From Solirubrobacteraceae bacterium (GTDB lineage Bacteria > Actinomycetota > Thermoleophilia > Solirubrobacterales > Solirubrobacteraceae): a DNA stretch of 64,000 bases. Where the stretch lies: the NCBI GenBank assembly GCA_049584155.1, contig JBAUXH010000113.1, positions 1,918 through 65,917 on the forward strand. The letters are read 5' to 3'. Shown here piece after piece: positions 62,854 through 64,000 of the stretch. Position 1 is the first letter of the stretch. Every line of letters begins with the position of its first letter. Both the position numbers and the translations under genes were made by a program. A model generated the notes under the pieces. That model saw only the letters and a program-made list of their open reading frames with translations, made no database searches and was not told where the DNA came from.

Positions 62854-64000
62854 CGACGCTGAAGCTCACGCCCCTGTGCGCGCGATCCTCCGCGACACGC
62901 CGCACCGCCTCGCCGACGGCGCGCACGGCGGGACGGCGCTCGGACGCCTTGACGACGAGCACCTGTCGCTCCTGACCGCGCAGGCGAAACAGGGCGGCTG
63001 GGCCCAAGACGCTCGTGCCTGCAGTCGGCTCCAGGGCCAGACACTCCGCCAGCGCGCTCGCGGCCGTTCGCGCGGGAGCGCTCTCGACGGCAGCGCACAC
63101 GATTCTGATCAGGTGCGAGAACGGCGGGTAGCGCAACGCCTCACGGCGCTCTAGCTCACCCGCGAGGAACCCGTCGGTGTCGTGGCGCGAGGCGTATGCG
63201 ATCGCGCGGGCCTCGGGCGCGATCGTCTGCACGAGCACGCGACCATCCGCGCCGCGCCCGACGCGCCCGGCGAGCTGGGCGATCAGCGCGAACGTGCGCT
63301 CCTCCGCGCGAAAGTCTGGAAATCGTAGGGTCGCGTCAGCGTCGAGCACTACACCCAACGTCACGTCGGGGAAGTCGTGGCCCTTGGCGACCATCTGCGT
63401 CCCGATCAACACGCCCGACTCGGCAGCCTCGAACCGGCGCAGCAACGCTGTGATATTCCCGTCCGCACCGACCGTGTCAGCGTCGAGGCGGAGGACCGGA
63501 AACCGGTCCTCGTCACCGTCGAGCGCGGCAGCAAGATCGTGCTGAACGCGCTCGGTGCCCGCGCCGTGGCGTCCGACCGAGATCGAACCGCACTGCTCGC
63601 AGCGTTCGGGCGCTGGCTCACGATGTCCACAGTGATGGCAGGCGATAAAGCCGTCACGACGGTGCAGCACAAGCGCGACGTCACATTCCGGGCAGCTCCA
63701 CACTCCTCCGCACGAGCGACAAGATAGGAAGTTCGACCAGCCACGGCGGTTGAGCAGCACGATCGCCTTGCCCTTGGTCTCCCGCACCTGGGCGAGCGCC
63801 TGAACGGTCAGCGGGTGCAGGCCGGCGCTCTGCTCGCCGCGCATGTCGAGCACGCTCACCTGCGGCAATGGACGCTCGTCAACCCGCGTGGGCAGACGCA
63901 GCCGCAGCGGCGTCCGCGCCGGTCCCTCGGTGTCCCTGGCGCGGTGCACGCTCTCCGGGCGTGGGGTCGCACTCCCGAGCACCAGCAGCGCGTTGGCGGA
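62837..64000 (-). CDS. priA: primosomal protein N' (PriA), C-terminal part; 5' end beyond the window
   Basis: GSATP..., Cys-rich zinc-binding region CRSCGGVWSCPECDVALVLH...CHHCG, LIGTQMVAKGHDFP. The frame is still open at nt 64000. Confidence 0.93.
   Translation of the reverse strand, partial: SANALLVLGSATPRPESVHRARDTEGPARTPLRLRLPTRVDERPLPQVSVLDMRGEQSAGLHPLTVQALAQVRETKGKAIVLLNRRGWSNFLSCRSCGGVWSCPECDVALVLHRRDGFIACHHCGHREPAPERCEQCGSISVGRHGAGTERVQHDLAAALDGDEDRFPVLRLDADTVGADGNITALLRRFEAAESGVLIGTQMVAKGHDFPDVTLGVVLDADATLRFPDFRAEERTFALIAQLAGRVGRGADGRVLVQTIAPEARAIAYASRHDTDGFLAGELERREALRYPPFSHLIRIVCAAVESAPARTAASALAECLALEPTAGTSVLGPAALFRLRGQERQVLVVKASERRPAVRAVGEAVRRVAEDRAHRGVSFSVDVDPQ

Overview
This is a 64-kb, gene-dense, high-GC segment coded almost entirely on the minus strand. 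Hand-counted 60-nt stretches give about 58% G+C in the accessory block and 67% at 1-60. It looks like an actinobacterial-type chromosome, possibly Thermoleophilia/Rubrobacteria-like, but that is inference only. Most of the window is a conserved housekeeping backbone. It includes a partial EAL phosphodiesterase, a SEDS RodA/FtsW protein, LCP, RNase H, EF-G2, FliA/WhiG sigma and XerC. It continues with ilvD, thiD, yraN and rnhB-lepB-rplS-trmD-rimM-KH-rpsP-ffh, then SPFH/NfeD and ftsY-smc-rnc-acpP-plsX-yceD. The rest is an acyl-CoA synthetase, coaD-rsmD-recG-yloV-rpmB, ribH-ribBA-ribE-ribD and rpe-rsmB-fmt-def-priA (partial). Two accessory blocks stand out. (i) At 11.0-21.6 kb there is a compositionally atypical island. 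It holds a three-gene operon of secreted proteins: a collagen-like protein, a 1358-aa NHL/Fn3/PD40 protein, and a 1144-aa protein built from four Cys-bracketed modules. The two giants share a Cys-looped polybasic C-terminal tail. The island also has two micro-membrane ORFs, a TetR-wHTH fusion regulator, and a 610-nt lower-GC spacer with a near-consensus orphan promoter, a 15-bp palindrome and an (AG)n microsatellite. This island is my best candidate for an undescribed system. (ii) At 52.2-59.0 kb there is a divergent GT-C/GT2/methyltransferase/flippase glycosylation cluster that runs straight into a riboflavin operon with no visible FMN riboswitch. Smaller-scale oddities are a ~100-nt quasi-palindromic intergenic repeat present twice in opposite orientations, a decayed duplicate of the rnc 3' end in front of smc, and ribosomal protein L19 with a ~120-aa acidic tail. 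I saw no rRNA, tRNA, CRISPR array or transposase. All family calls come from motif recognition by eye; no database search or computation was run.
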